The notes under the pieces are model-generated. The model saw nothing but the letters and a program-made list of their open reading frames with translations. It was not told the DNA's origin and did no database searches. A program made the position numbers and the translations under genes. 64,000 nucleotides of DNA from Callorhinchus milii (taxonomy: Eukaryota), in contig NW_024704742.1 of the NCBI RefSeq assembly GCF_018977255.1, positions 85,128,001 to 85,192,000 of the forward strand, in the 5' to 3' direction. Numbering within the stretch: the first letter of the stretch is position 1; each line of letters begins with the position of its first letter. This document shows positions 37,030 to 50,859 of the stretch, in pieces.

Positions 37030-37745
37030 AGGCTAAGTAGCTACGCTCCTGACATCTACTCCCAAGGCACTGCTGATAGCAGCCCAATCAGCCTGGATCG
37101 TTGGCAGGACTTGGAGGAGCAGACCAGTCAATAGAGGTTCTTCCTACTCGATCCCTGTTAACCCTGCAAACCAAAGCCCTAATGGTCCAATAGTTCTAGC
37201 TACAATACAATACAAAATTACATTTGTTTAGTGTCTTTCACGTTGGGAGAGCGTCCCAGGGTTTTGGACCTGAACTGTGGGGGGTGGATTTGGATCAGGG
37301 AGTGTGGAGGGCAGGGAGGGTAGGAGGGTGGCCGAAGGTGCAGTCAAAGAGGAGGGTCTTGAGATGTGCCTTGAAGGAGACGAGGGAAGGAACGAGGCGA
37401 AGTGAATATGGGATGGAGTTACAAAGGGTGGGGGATAGCTAGAAATAGAGTGGGAAGCTTGCTAGTGTCTGCAATGGCAACCTACTTATTCTTATCTAGT
37501 TAAACTTAGCAGTATCCACAAAGCATACTCTGGGGGTCCCCAAGCCTTGGCTCTTGCCAATCCATAGCTATAGTCTCTGGGATTAGTTGAGAAAGGTGTG
37601 TTCCTCAAGGGAAAGAGTGCGCACTCCATATCAGGCAAACAGAAATTGACATCCATTTGTGGAACTCTCAGTAGTTTGGTTTCAATACTATATTAGCATG
37701 TTGATAGGTTTCCCTGTGTGTCAGACACTGTGCTGACCAAACAGC
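37030..37745 (+). mobile_element. Retroelement 3' UTR copy interrupted by an L2 3' end (-, about 37205-37440)
   Basis: Matches 24270-25040 and 4462-4800 on both sides of the L2. Confidence 0.7.
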
Positions 37746-38460
37746 TAGTAACTCCTATTTAGAAGTCGGAGATTTCATGCATTTGTGTTTCACGTACCTT
37801 GATTGACTACGTTTTGCCAGTTTGCAACCAGAATTAGATAGAGAATCTCGATTGGTAGGACATCAGATTTCTTGAGCCTTTTAACTTTAATAACTTTAGT
37901 AGTTTTTTTGCTACAGAAGTACGCCTCAGTCAGAGAAGTCGACAATGGTCAACACCATTCTTGGAACATAGGATTGTACAGGATTGGAAAAGACCATTAA
38001 TCTTCAGTGTGAACATTCCCAGCTTCTATAGCTTTAGAGTTAGAGGGTAGTTTCAGGACAGACAACATGAACCATTTCCTTACCCAAAGGTTAATTAACG
38101 ACTGGAACAGGTCACCATGAGGGGCATTTGAGGACAGGGCAGTTGACTCAAAGATCCAAAGAATGTTAACAAGGCCACTCGGCCCAACCAGTCTGTGCCG
38201 ATGTTTATACTCCACATGAGTCTTCACCCGTTCATTACTCCCTCCCATATCCTTCTATTCCCCTCGTCCTGATGCGATGGTCAAGCTTTCTCTTGAATGT
38301 ATCTACATGGTCTGATTCAACCACCATAATTCACTGGCAACAGCCTATTTAAGTTAACAACAGAGGATTTATGTTTATTTGAGGCAGGTGAGAATATTCT
38401 TTGGGGCGAGTGAGGCCGAGTCAAATTCTTCAGGGAGTCCTCACCTCTGATTAAAACAAC

Positions 38461-38573
38461 AGGTGAGCTGTTGGCTTGATAGACAGGTCTATCGGCCAAT
38501 CAGAGATGAGGATGCCTCAACAAGCTCACCTCGATTGGCCAATGGACCTATCAATCAAGCCTCCAGCTCACCT
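38461..38573. repeat. Imperfect inverted repeat with about 50-bp arms (hairpin, MITE-like)
   Basis: 38461-38510 pairs with 38525-38573. Confidence 0.8.
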
Positions 38574-38819
38574 TTAAGACAGCTGGAGGTCTATCCGCCC
38601 CCTCCCCATCCCAACCTGCCTTAAGAACCAGCTGTGTGAGCATGCTGACCCCCCTCACACACACACACATGCAGCTTGGGCTCTCAACTATATGAAGAGC
38701 TTTGAGGTGTTATCCCAACATGAAAAGCGCTGTATAAGTGTAAATTGCTGTTAGCTTTAGCCGTTAGGTCAATGGTTTTAAAGTTAAGACCATGAAAGAT
38801 TTCAGACCACGGATAACAC

Positions 38820-39290
38820 AATTAGGACTGTCTTTTCCCACCTCCTAAAGACACAGCTCTGCTTGTTTTCCAAAGGAGACTATTGCCTGAACTCAGAAAT
38901 CGTATTCTTGGAACATCTTTCAGACTATCTGGAAAAAAACATGCAACATTACTTTCCTGCTTTCTCTGGTCTTCTCTACCACTCGCTTTAAATGCACGCA
39001 GGACAATCCGAGAGTCACTTTCACATCTGTTTCCATTGAACAGTTCATTGCCCAGAGCGTTGATCACTGGTGTGGGAGCCACCTTCTGCATGATGAGTTT
39101 AAGCAGTGTGACCAATTACATAGTCCACCATCGGAGGTGGGGGGTGCAAAGCCTACAGGCATCCAATGTCACAAACAGCTTTTAGTTCAGCTTCACAGAC
39201 TACAGAGATTTTATTACTTTTCCCAACAAAAATGTCTTCACATTTCCGGCAAAGACAGTAGGGCCCCTGTGAGGAATAACATCACCCACA
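38820..39290 (-). mobile_element. Probable CR1 ORF1 remnant
   Basis: CLCRKC zinc-finger-like motif and ESDSRIVLR..SNVACFFPDSLKDV, resembling the CR1 ORF1 'GDSIVR..VCCLPGAxVKDV' esterase start. Confidence 0.5.
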
Positions 39291-40169
39291 AACACTGTTT
39301 GTTAAGAAAAGGTAATTATTCTAAATGTAACTCACTCCAGAGACAAAGTTATTCATCATTGCCTTTCTCAGTTTGTCAGCTTGGCTTAGTTGTATTCTTA
39401 CCTCTGAATCAGGTTGTAGGTCTAAGGTGACACTCCAATACAGCACTGGGGGTTTGTGGCATTGTTGGAGATGCCGTCCTTTGGATGAGACGTTAAAACA
39501 AGGTCCCATCTGCTGGTTCAGATGAATGTTAAAGATCCCATGGCACTATTCAAAAACAGAATGCAGTTTCTCCCGGTGTCCTAGCCAACAATCTCCCAAA
39601 TACAAATATTGATTATTCACCTTAAGGCTGTTTATGAGAAATTGCTGGGTGCAGATGAATTGCTATGTTTATCTACAAGTCATTACAATTTATAGCCATG
39701 AAGTAAATCCTGGGAAGCGCTTTGAGACCTCAATGAGATGAAAGGCACTATATCAAATGCAAGGAATATTAAATAAATATTTTAAATCAGTTGCATCTGC
39801 TGGTTTCCTCTTCACCCCTGCCCTCTAACCTCATCAACATTGTACAAGTGAGCACTAATATTACCAATGTATGGTGTTTTTCTTAGCAATCGGTCTGTTG
39901 TCATCAAACTCTTATCCGTTTGCTTTAAATCTTTTAAAATCTAACCCAATACCAAGCATGCATGCAGAATACCAGCAGAATTTTTTGGTTTCCATTTTTA
40001 CTACCTTTATTTGACATTGTTTCTGCCTTTCATGTATGCTAACATTGGAACGATTTGTTGGGACTAGACTCATTCTAATTTTTGCACATCAATCTAAATG
40101 ATAATTCCCACTGTAGATTGGGGTTGGACACAATAGATATAAAAATTCAAAGCAGGAACACAAGTAGTT

Positions 40170-40175
40170 TTTATT
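40170..40175 (-). promoter_or_regulatory. Candidate distal INIP polyadenylation signal
   Basis: AATAAA on minus at the end of an about 3.3 kb AT-rich, repeat-poor stretch downstream of the INIP stop. Confidence 0.35.
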
Positions 40176-43100
40176 GTGTTACAGTATCTGAAACATAAAT
40201 GATAGGCAATTGCTTCAGCATGTTAATGAATCACACCAATACACTGGGTGAACATAATACTTGAAATAACTACTCCACTGTCCATGAGACTAAATCATCC
40301 TTTTGTACCAGAGAACACGGGTGCGTGCTGGGCCCATGTGTGATAATTAATGTGCAGTTTACTGCTTCGAGGCTCACAATACTTTTCAAATCTGTAATAG
40401 ATCACAAACACCTGGTGCCTGAGGAGGTAGGCAAGTGCGACTGGTAAAAAACTGTCAATTGAACTTCTCAAATGACAGTCAACCCAAACTAATCAAAAAT
40501 AATTACATTTTAAAATGAGTAGAGACGCTTACTAAATCCAACACTAGACAATTTTGCTTCCAAAATAACAGTGAACTTTCACAACTAAAATAAATGGATG
40601 TAACTGAAAGTTTCCTTTACTTTGGCTACATTAACTAGTATATGACCATCCAAATTTACCGTTGATTTTAATATTGTTCCTTTTAATTGTTGACTTAAGT
40701 TTTGTGTATGCTGCATTCAAAATGTGTTTTTAAACCATTTGTATCTTTACAGTTGTCGATATATAAAAAAAATTAAAAAGCGCCTCATCACCAAATATGA
40801 AACTCACATTTTCTCTCACAAACTAGGCAGTTCTACAAGTTCCTGCACAAGGATTTAACTAGTTTTTGGACAGACTAAATATTTTTGTCACTGGCTCTAA
40901 ACTAACATTGTGCTCAATACTGGCACACGTTTAGTTTTCAAGTACTGTATGAACCAAAACAATTGCATCTTCTATATTTAATGCAAGTACAAGAAACTTG
41001 TGCACTTCAGAGGTTGCAAGTTGGCATTTAAAGCAGCACAAAACAAAGCACCCAACAGCTATAAGAACATTTTGATGTTACCAGCAAAGAAAAAAATCCT
41101 TGTGCATTTCTGTTCTTGATCTCCATGAAGTCTCTACATATGGCCAAACGCACATCGGGAGGATTTCCCAGGGAGTAGATAGATAGTTTGCTTTAAGATC
41201 TGAAGTAATGACAATCCACAATCAGATATGAGGAGGCATGCACTATAACTGACCTGGAGTTTGACTGGCCTTAGGATTTTTATCTGCCCACCTGCTGGTT
41301 GGAAATTGCAGGTGTAATCGCAGATTCCACCACTTCATGCTCAGCACTTCAGCATAGCAGCTCTTGCATTGCCAAACCACTCTCAAAACACAAACATTGA
41401 ATGAACCTTGTTGGAGGATAGCAACTTGAGCAGCTGGCTCTGCACTTGGCTTGGTCCAGTAGTAATAGCAATGGCTGATTTTATTTTCAAAGCCAAATTG
41501 ACCATGTTGGGGGGAATAAACGTGGAAGTCATCTTATGCCCCAGCGTGCAGTGGTGAATTCTAGATAGTCACACTAAATGCAATCTTAAATCACAGAAAA
41601 TGTAGAAGTTGCAGGTTACCAACAATGAATCAGTCATTTGAGTGGAAGGTTTCTGAGATTCAAGCTTTTTATAAAGCTTCAAAACTGCAAAAGCCCTGCC
41701 TCAAAATTAAGAATTTTGCAAATCTTGCATTTAAGATGTTGAACTGGCTCAGTTGGTAGAATTTATGCCTCTGGGTCATAAGGTTGGGGGCTCAGGGACT
41801 TTTGAGTTCCTAGTCTTGCCGTCACTCCAAAGTACTACTATTGGGGTACTGTTGGAGGGGATGTTGAACCAAGGCCCACTCTACCTGTTCAGGTGGACAT
41901 CAAAGATCCCATTACACTACTTGAAAAGAGAAGGGAGTTTCTCCTCAGGTAAATATTTTTACCTGGGCCAACATTCCTTTAGATAAAATGGTCATTCACT
42001 TCATGGCTGTTTGTGGGGAATTTCTGTGTGCAATTTCATTGCTGCGTTAGCCTATAAATAGAAATAAGGGAAACAGAAATTCTCTGTGAAGCTCTTTGAG
42101 GCGTTTCAACATGATATCAAAAACAAGCATTATTTTCAAGACGTTGGTCTTAAGGCTAAGACAAGGCAAACTTTCAGGCACAGATAAACCGTTAAATTAT
42201 TTTAAATTACCAAGTCAAATAATACGAAAATGTAATAATGTAATAATAAGTGAAAGACATGCCCCAGACTTTCAGGATGCAGCAAAGACAAAATGGAGAC
42301 AATAACTGGCCAAATTTAACTTGAAAAATGTCTTCCCATATTCATCAACTGAATGTAGTTAATTTAGCTGGCAGTGTTCTCATCAATACTGTAAACTATT
42401 GAAACAGACTTAAAGCTTAAGAAACCAATTATTTAAAATAATTTGAATTGGAAGGACGAAAACAAGTTTAGAAACAGTAAGGGAATTTCACTGATATTTC
42501 TTAGCGAGATTTCTTTAGAAAGATATTCAGAAGTAAATGACATGGGTTTGGGAATGCAGTGCTGGCTTAATCTAATTTTGGAGCAGGTTTCCCTCGAGTC
42601 AACACGACTTACCAGAAGACGTCCCTTTCAGATTTCCTAAATAAGAAATCGAGCTGTGAAATACTACAAAATTGACCCCAAATTGCCATCATGGATTTGT
42701 ACATTTCTAATCCCTCCAGTACAGCATTGGTTTGTAACAGCAGCACAGAAAAGCTGCCGCTGAGGTTTTCTCGAGTAATGACTTTTCCTCGAGTAATGAA
42801 GACATTGAAAGGAACATACAGCAACCTACCTTTACAACAACTTAACAAGGTATTATATTTGTCACAACAAAATCAATCATTTCAAGTAGTAAATATTAGA
42901 ACTGTAGTATTCCCTGACCAGATGTGGCATTGTTTCCTCGTTATCCAAAATTCCAAACATTGTTTAACTGATTTACTATGGAGCATTATTTTTTCTTTTC
43001 CATAGAACAGACCTGACAAAAATAACCATTGTAAATATGACTTTGCTCACAATTGGACGTATTGATTCCATGGAGAGGCAACACTTCTGTACACGCGGCA

Positions 43101-43442
43101 GCATGTCTCTGCCTGTCCTAGACCTGGTTGAATAGACGGTGATTCTGATAACTGAGTCTCTAAAGTCAAAAGCAGAACTTCTGCTAGGAGTGGCTTAAAG
43201 TTACACTGAGCGTTTCTTTTATATAAAAATACAAAAAGAGAAAGTCTGTGCACAATCTACTGTGTGAGAGAAAATCTAAAGGTCCAATGATTCTATTAAT
43301 CTTTGAATGTTCTCTTCTTCGTTCCCTATATCGGTGTGTTCAGCAAGTGTGAAAAATGAAATACCGTAAAAAAAATCTTTAAAAAAAAGTCTGGTGATTC
43401 ATTATTGTAAATGCTCTCATCTTCTCTGGTGCAGTGTCTTGT

Positions 43443-43538
43443 TTATTCTGCTTCCAATCGAGGTAACACGGGAAGAATAAGATTTCCAAAAGCAGAGTCC
43501 TGGGTTATGAAATATCCTGACGAATGTGCATGTGCATG
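43443..43538 (-). CDS. INIP: INIP (SOSS complex subunit C) last coding exon
   Basis: Acceptor ttttttgtctctcAG; HAHAHSSGYFITQDSAFGNLILPVLPRLEAE*, nearly identical to the human C-terminus. Confidence 0.97.
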   Translation of the reverse strand, partial: HAHAHSSGYFITQDSAFGNLILPVLPRLEAE

Positions 43539-46500
43539 CTGAGAGACAAAAAAAAACACGTTAATGTCAAATGAAGTTCAATAATTAAACGATCTATTCG
43601 CTTCCTTGTAATAGCAATTAGTTACTGTTCTCGAGAAAAGATTAAATGGTCTGGCCAGATTTGGGGGCAATGCAAATTAAATATGACCGATAAAACATCA
43701 CCAGCCAACAATATTAATATAGAAAAGCATTCCAATCTTCAATACACGCTGCTTTCATAAGGAGAGAATGTTATCAACTCAGTCTTAAATACATACATTA
43801 AATCAATTTACTAATCCAGCCTCAAAAATACATGAAGGTAAATTGGAGAAAAGTTACCAATAAAATCATACGGACTAAAAAAAGTCCTGTTTTTTAAAGC
43901 TAAATAATGTCTAAAGCCTCAATATGTTAAATTTTGCCACAGTTTTTCTAAATCCAAAAGCATCTTTTTAAACGGAGTGCCATAGATGGAGAAAAATATC
44001 AAACGTTGTGCAGGCTGCATCCTGCAAGTAGTCTAGGTTTGATCAGTAAAATCTAGAGCGAGTTAATAAATTAAATTTGTGGGAGTTTTTAAATTTTGCA
44101 TGAAATTTAAATGCATGAAAAGTGCATATCAAAAAAACAGATTTACAGTTTACGCTGAAAAAAGTAATATATATTCTAATATTGCCGTTAATCTGGTTAT
44201 ATTACAGTATGTTCAGTGTTAACATCAAATCATCCTCTTTGTTTTCAATTGATGCGCTTTAATTTTTATTGACATGATTTTCCATTTCATTAAGACCACA
44301 GTACAGATGTTAAATAAAAGCCAGTGGCGGTGTGAAAGGAGTCATTTAATCTCCAGTCACAGATGGCCATAAATTATTCAAGTTTAACCATTCTGCTTCA
44401 TGTCACCTGACCATAGATTAAATTACTGTCTTATTTTTCACAGCCAGCACTCCGCAATTCCACTTGATCTGTCCTCTTGACCAGCTGAGATAATTTCTTC
44501 AGTCAGCTCCCACAGCAACCCCCAGCCCCACTCTAAAAAATATCCCTACACCAAATACAACACCCTTCCACACACACACACAAAAGGATCATTGATTCAA
44601 ATAAAGAAAGCATTTGAAAGGATCAACCTCAATTAATACAGGCGATTAATTCACCAGGAATAAATTTGGAGGGGAAAGATAATGAGAGTAAATATAGGAG
44701 TGGAAACATATTTTTGAATATGATGTTGGAGTGTTACATAACACAAATGGTTTTAAAAAAGCTTACAAGCAGAGTCGACACTCAATCTAATATAGGGATG
44801 ATACAGCAGGCTATGGTGAAGCTAATCAGCACACTGTGACGGTGTTTAATGACCAGCTTGTGATCGAGAGGGCACACTCTTAAGACTTGGAAAGCATATT
44901 TTAAGGGAATGAGGAAGGACTGAATGGGCTAGAGTGGATCAGATGGTTAGAAGGGAGGGGAAATTGATTTATTTCAGAAATGCATTCCCAAGACAGAATA
45001 TGAGAAGAAATACACTGTAATATATATACCACTGGAGGAAAAGCAGACAGAGAAAAGTGGAAAACTTGTAGGCAGCAAGGATAAAGAGCCCCATTCTTCC
45101 CTGGTCCACAACTCAGATCCAGTGAGGATTATTCACGTGAGTTGATCAAATGTAATAATTGCAATAATAAAAAATAAATAAATAATAAAAATTGGTTACT
45201 TCAGTCCACGACTGTTTGTGGGACATTGCTGTGCGCAATTGGCTACTGCATTTCGCCCACAAATATACAGTCAATTCACTTTACAGTCTATTCTGTGAAG
45301 CGCTTTGAGACGTCTAGAAGACATGAAAAGCGCTGTAACAAATGCAAAAATTATTATTATTATAAATGGGGGGTTAAATTAAGCCTCATTCTATAAGGTA
45401 TGGGTCCTATTATTAACACAGTCAATCCCTCATCATCCAATGGGCTATGACTCAGACCAGACCTCTCCCTCCTCTGAAGAGAAGATATGGACCAGTACAC
45501 ATCGTTGACAAGCTAGTGACATCTTAGTCTTAAAGATTGAGCTAACTTTGGAGAAGCCACCTTTTATTAACGCTCGCTCATTATTAAAACTGTTTTTATT
45601 TATTGTTTTAGTCAGGAATGATCCCAGCCCAAATCCTCAACCCACCACAAAACCAAACTAACTGTGTACAGTAGGCTTGAAAATATACATTACCAGTCTG
45701 GCTTGCTATATTTGTTTTCTCATCTCCAAATGGGAATTGAACGCATCATTTATTTGTAAATTTATTCTTATAATAATCTCTTTATTTTTTAAAAATTATG
45801 CACCTGTAAGCTATGTAACTCATGCTTGCCTTCTGATTTCCTCTCTTTGTTTTATTGAAATGTCAATGTTGTGGTTGGCTTATTTAACAAAAAGAAAATT
45901 CATATATAATTGTTTTTAAAAGTCAGAGCACCCAGCCTGGTTTGAGTGCACACAAGTAAATAGCCAATGAAACTGGTTGTGTTCTGGCAGACACATAGTA
46001 GAAGCTCATAGTATTACCCCATAGTAAACCCCCATGCTTTGCTGGAATGTGGATTCGCTGAGAAGGTGAGGCGTGCTCTGGTCCTCTGAGGCTTCCTGCA
46101 CGCTCCAAAACAGCCAACGTCCGGGTCATTAGGTCCCCGGTCAGTTCAAGTGTGCTGCATGTGGGCATTGTGCAGGAGGGGACAATCGGCAGTGACCGAC
46201 TACTGACCTGGAAGATGGACCTTTTTAATAGCGGATCGGTGAAGTCACATGGGGAAGTGTGGACCCGCGATCCTACCCTGTCCCACCAGTGGAGGCCGCG
46301 CTCTCAGCCACTATGCCCCAAAATTGTAGAACACTCTCCCTCAATCCCTCTGCCTTGCCCCCTCTCTCCACTTTTTCAAGTCCCACCTGAAAACCTTCCT
46401 TTTCGACCGTGCTTACGGTCACCTCCACCCCTGGCTCGGAGTCAGGCTCTGCCACTGTTAACCGCTCTGAGACACTACTCTGCGTGGAGTGCGTTATGTA

Positions 46501-48065
46501 AGTTGCAAGTTGTTATGAGGTAGTGGGAATTCTATGAACTCAAAATATCGTATTATAAAGGGCATTCTACCGTATTTAGTGAGCAGATTTTAATCTTTTA
46601 ATCTTTTACTTTCTTTCATTGGTTGCAAAACTAGCCAGTAACATTCTCTTTCTGAGTGGGTTCAGTGAAAAATCAAGTGATGGGAAGAAATTGTTTTTTT
46701 AAAAAAATGATAAGAGCAGATAAAAGTGAAGGAGCACAGCTATTTTATAAGTTGTATTTATTTTAGTGGGTTTAGCTATTACAGTAATAAACTTAGTCTT
46801 GACATTTGATGATTATTATTATTAATTTTAGCTTTTTTCTCAAGCATCACAATGCAAGAGCTAAAAATGTATGGAAAGTATTAGCCCACAGAGACATGAA
46901 TCTCCACAGACCTGCCGACAGCCTAAAGGTTAAAAAACACACTATAGTTTTACTACCAACAAACAAGGTTCACCTTACTCCTCAGTTCCTTAGTGGTTAG
47001 CTGAACCGTAGCACCAGACCTGCCAAAAGCAGCCACAACAGTATTTCAAAATCAAAAGGCGGTAAAGCCACCATGTGTAATAAAAATAGAGTCTGCAACA
47101 GCGAGGGGTGGGAGCACAGGTCAGCATTAGGTCTGGTCTGAAGATAGTTTCAGGCAAGACAATAGGCAAGTTTGTTCACTCCTCGAGTTTGAAGCTTCCC
47201 CGAAACTCTAATCAATGATTGGGCCTCTTGTCAGGTGTTGTCGAACCTCAAAAATAATTTAACTGGAGAGTCCAAATAGGAGTACAACAACAACAACAAC
47301 AAATTATATTTCATGTCGGGAGGACGTCCCAAGGTGCTGGACGGTCAGCGATTTGGACTCGAGCTAGGGGTTGGAAGGCAGGGAGAGTAGGGGTAGAAGG
47401 GCGGCCAAATGCACAGTTGAACAGGACAGTGCAGGAGAGAACAGCAGGTCTTAACACTAGAGACATGAATTCAAACGAGAGAGGGTAGACCTGCCTGATT
47501 GTTGGTGTGTTTTCTTCACTATGAAGAAAAAGTACTGCTTTGCAAAACAAAAACATAGTTGGTAAAGCTTTCTATTATTGCTATTTTGTTTACTTCTTAC
47601 TTAGTTTAGATACATATAAATTTATAATATCTGTTTAGCATTTGGAATTAAAAGCGTATTACTTTAATTAGAAAAGAAGCTGCTGTGATTGCTGATACAT
47701 CTGTGTCCTTATTTCATGAAGAACAATTTCCTGGTGTTTTTTNGCCAGCCTGAGCTTGATTGTTTGTACCGATGTAATCAGTGCAATAAGCCCGGAAGGA
47801 GCAAAGCTGGGTGCAGCTGAGATTTATAGTAACCGAGAAAGGGACTACAAAGTTTGATAAAGATAAGCCACAAACTGTAAATTGGTAACAGTCATGTTTA
47901 TCCCAAGGAGTGGGAGCCTGACCCAATTCTTCGATACCCCAGGAACTGCAACCTGTCAATTTCAGCTTGGCATATCCCCAAACCAACAAAAGGAACTATT
48001 CCATTCTCTAAGCTTGTTACTACTGTTACTGTTCCGAGGAGTACACATGAAATTAAACATTATAC

Positions 48066-48156
48066 CTGTAAGGCCGCTTTTTGTTGTGCTGCTATGTGCT
48101 GTTGCTCTGCATGATCCCGAAAATCCTTAGCAAAAGCGGGTCTTGATAAAGGAATA
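48066..48156 (-). CDS. INIP: INIP internal coding exon (91 nt)
   Basis: AG/GT bounded; (S)IPLSRPAFAKDFRDHAEQQHIAAQQKAALQ; phases fit both neighbours. Confidence 0.97.
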
Positions 48157-49404
48157 CTGTGACGGAGGAATGCAATAATATTATATGCAGCTCACATTGA
48201 CAACGAGACTTGCTATGTTAAAACAGCTCACTTTTAAGTCTATTGAACAATCCTTGCATTTGAAATAGCTGATCTTCAATTCATTTTCAGCAGTGGAATG
48301 TCTGAGGATATCATCTCATATTACCTGCAAAGTATCTTCTGTATAGATTTCCATTTCAATCAAACAAACCAGCAGGATCCTGCCCACTAATTACAAACAC
48401 AGTCAATAAAATAAACATCCACCATCAGATATACTGGTTCCTACATGGATTAATACAAGGATTAATGCATGAATAATGCAAGAATTATTATATTATTTTC
48501 AACTCAGCCAAACACTGTATATCTAACATTTCGATTCAAATATACTGTATAATATATACATGATTGAACTACTGATGCACTTGTTAAAACAAAGATCAAA
48601 AAACAATTTTAAATTTGTTTTTCTCTGTGGGGTGAAGTACATACGAAAACAATATGCTGAAGCAAAACATTCAATTTGCATCAGCCTAAAACTCCTCTAT
48701 TGAGACTGTGAATTTAATATAATCCTTTGATCTTCCTCCAGTCAAACCTCAGTTTGACAGTAAAAAACGTGAATTATTTTTTAAAAATTCAAACAAGGTC
48801 AGTATCGGCTGTGACGTCTTTTCCAGTAGAGTGGCCTGTCAGCACTGACTGCCACTCATCACCCACAAACAATCACTATGGTGATATACCCGAGGGCAAC
48901 CTTTGCCACCTGAACCTCACCCCAATATGAGGCCAGACAGCACCAGAGAGCATGTGTGCAGTGGGGAAGAATTATAAAAATTACAAATTTATTTAATGAA
49001 AAGGAATATTACTCCTGTGACTCAGGACCCGTACTATTACCAGGGTGCTTTTAACAGTAAATTGAAATATTCATTACGAAATTTAGATTTTTTCCCCCAT
49101 ATAACCTGATCCCGAACACAGGATCCCAGCAGACAGATAAAACTAGTCATTCACTTTGTGGCTGTTTATGGGACATTGCTGTGTGCAAATTGGCTGCTGC
49201 AATCACCTACAATTACACAGTCAGTACATTTTACAGAAATGTTTGTGAGTCACTTTGAGATGTTTGTTTGACCTTATAGGGGCAATATCATATGCAAGGC
49301 TTATTATTGTTATTATTACCACATTTCAAATAATGCAAATTTCAGAAGTGATTCAATTCCCAAAAAGTGACCAGTCATTTATACCCCATTCCTTAATAGT
49401 AAGC

Positions 49405-50335
49405 AACAATTACATTTGCATAGCGCCTTTCACATCGGGAGGACGTCCCAAGATGCTGTCAGGGATTTGGACACAGCATGGGATTGGGATCAGGAGGGGT
49501 GGAAGTCAGGGAGCGTAGGGGTAGGATGGTGGCCGAAGTCGCAGCTAAGGGTTTTGAGACGTGCCTTGAAGGAGGCAAGGGAGCGAGCGAGGCGAAGGGA
49601 ATATGGAATTCCAAAGGGTGGGAGTGGAAAGGCTGAAGGCCTGGTGGGGCGGGCATGGCTGAGTGACATGAAGCAGACCAGAGCCTGCTGAGCGGAGGGA
49701 GTAGACAGGTTGATATGGCGTTAGCAGGTCACAGAGGTAGCAAGGAACAAGGCTGTGGAGGGCCTTGAAGATGAGGATGAGAATTTGGAACTGTATCCTC
49801 TGGGGGATGGGGAGCCAGTAGGGCCGGGTGAGGGTGGGGTGATAGGGCAAGGAGCCTGGGGCAGAAGAGGACAGGAGCTGCAAAGTTCTGGATGATCTGC
49901 AGCTTGTGGAGGGAAGAGTTGGGAAGGCCGACAAGTAGCGAATTGGCGTAGTTGAGCCTAGATGTGATGAATGCGTGGATGAGAGTTCGGTGGCTTGAGG
50001 GGAAAGTCTGTGGCGGAGTCGGGTGATGTTACTGAGGTGGGGGAAGGCAGAGCGGGTCATGGCATGGATGTGGGGTAGAAAGGACAGTTTAGGGTCAAAC
50101 AAAACCCCAAGGTTCCGGACTGGCTAAGTAAGGTGGAGTGTGTATCCTTGGATGCTGATGCTGTCAGCGCTTGAGGTGTGGAGGTGCTGACAGGAGCCAA
50201 TCAGGAGAGCCTCGATCTTGTTGATGTTCAAATTGAGAAAGTTAGCGCTCATCCAGGACTTGATGTCTGACAGACATTCTGTGAGGACAGCAACGGTCCT
50301 AACGTCGAGGGTGGAGGCAGAGATAGAGTTGGGTG
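49405..50335 (-). mobile_element. L2 LINE 3' fragment
   Basis: CLSDIKSWMSANFLNLNINKIEALLIGS..FDPKLSFLPHI..WLPIPQRIQFQIL plus tail. Confidence 0.92.
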
Positions 50336-50756
50336 TCAACCGTATAAATAATAATCCCACCAAAAACAAAAAAAAATAATAAATTAGTCCTTTCAATCCA
50401 CAAATGTTTGTGCACTGCTGTGCGCAATTGGCTGCCGTGTTTCGCCCATAAATATACGGTCAATTCACTTTACAGTCTATTCTGTGAAGCGCTTTGGAGA
50501 CGTCGAGAAGACGTGAAAAGCGCTATATCAAATGCAAGGATTATTATTATACATAATAATGATAATCCTTGCATTTAATGTAGCACCCGATGTCTTTAAA
50601 TCATCTCAAAGTGCTTCAATACTGTAAAGTGTATTGACTGTATGCTTTGTGGGCGAAATGCGCCGGCCAATTGTGCAAATGCAAGGATTATCATTATCTC
50701 CCACGCTGCTTTTCCCCAAGCAATTCTCTTCCAAGCAAACATCTGGTAGACTGTAC

Positions 50757-50859
50757 CTGGCCCCGGGGTTGTTCATAGATGACTGATTCTGCATCATGAG
50801 TTTCCTCTTCTCCTGTTTGAGCTCTGCTAGGATAGCAGCACGGTTTTTGTTCTGAACTT
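50757..50859 (-). CDS. INIP: INIP internal coding exon (103 nt)
   Basis: Acceptor ttcgtttatAG, donor GTACAG; (E)VQNKNRAAILAELKQEKRKLMMQNQSSMNNPGA(S). The upstream ATG exon was not identified in the window. Confidence 0.96.

Noticed and set aside
47743..47743. Single N base
   Set aside because: Assembly ambiguity or join, not biology; continuity across it is unverified.
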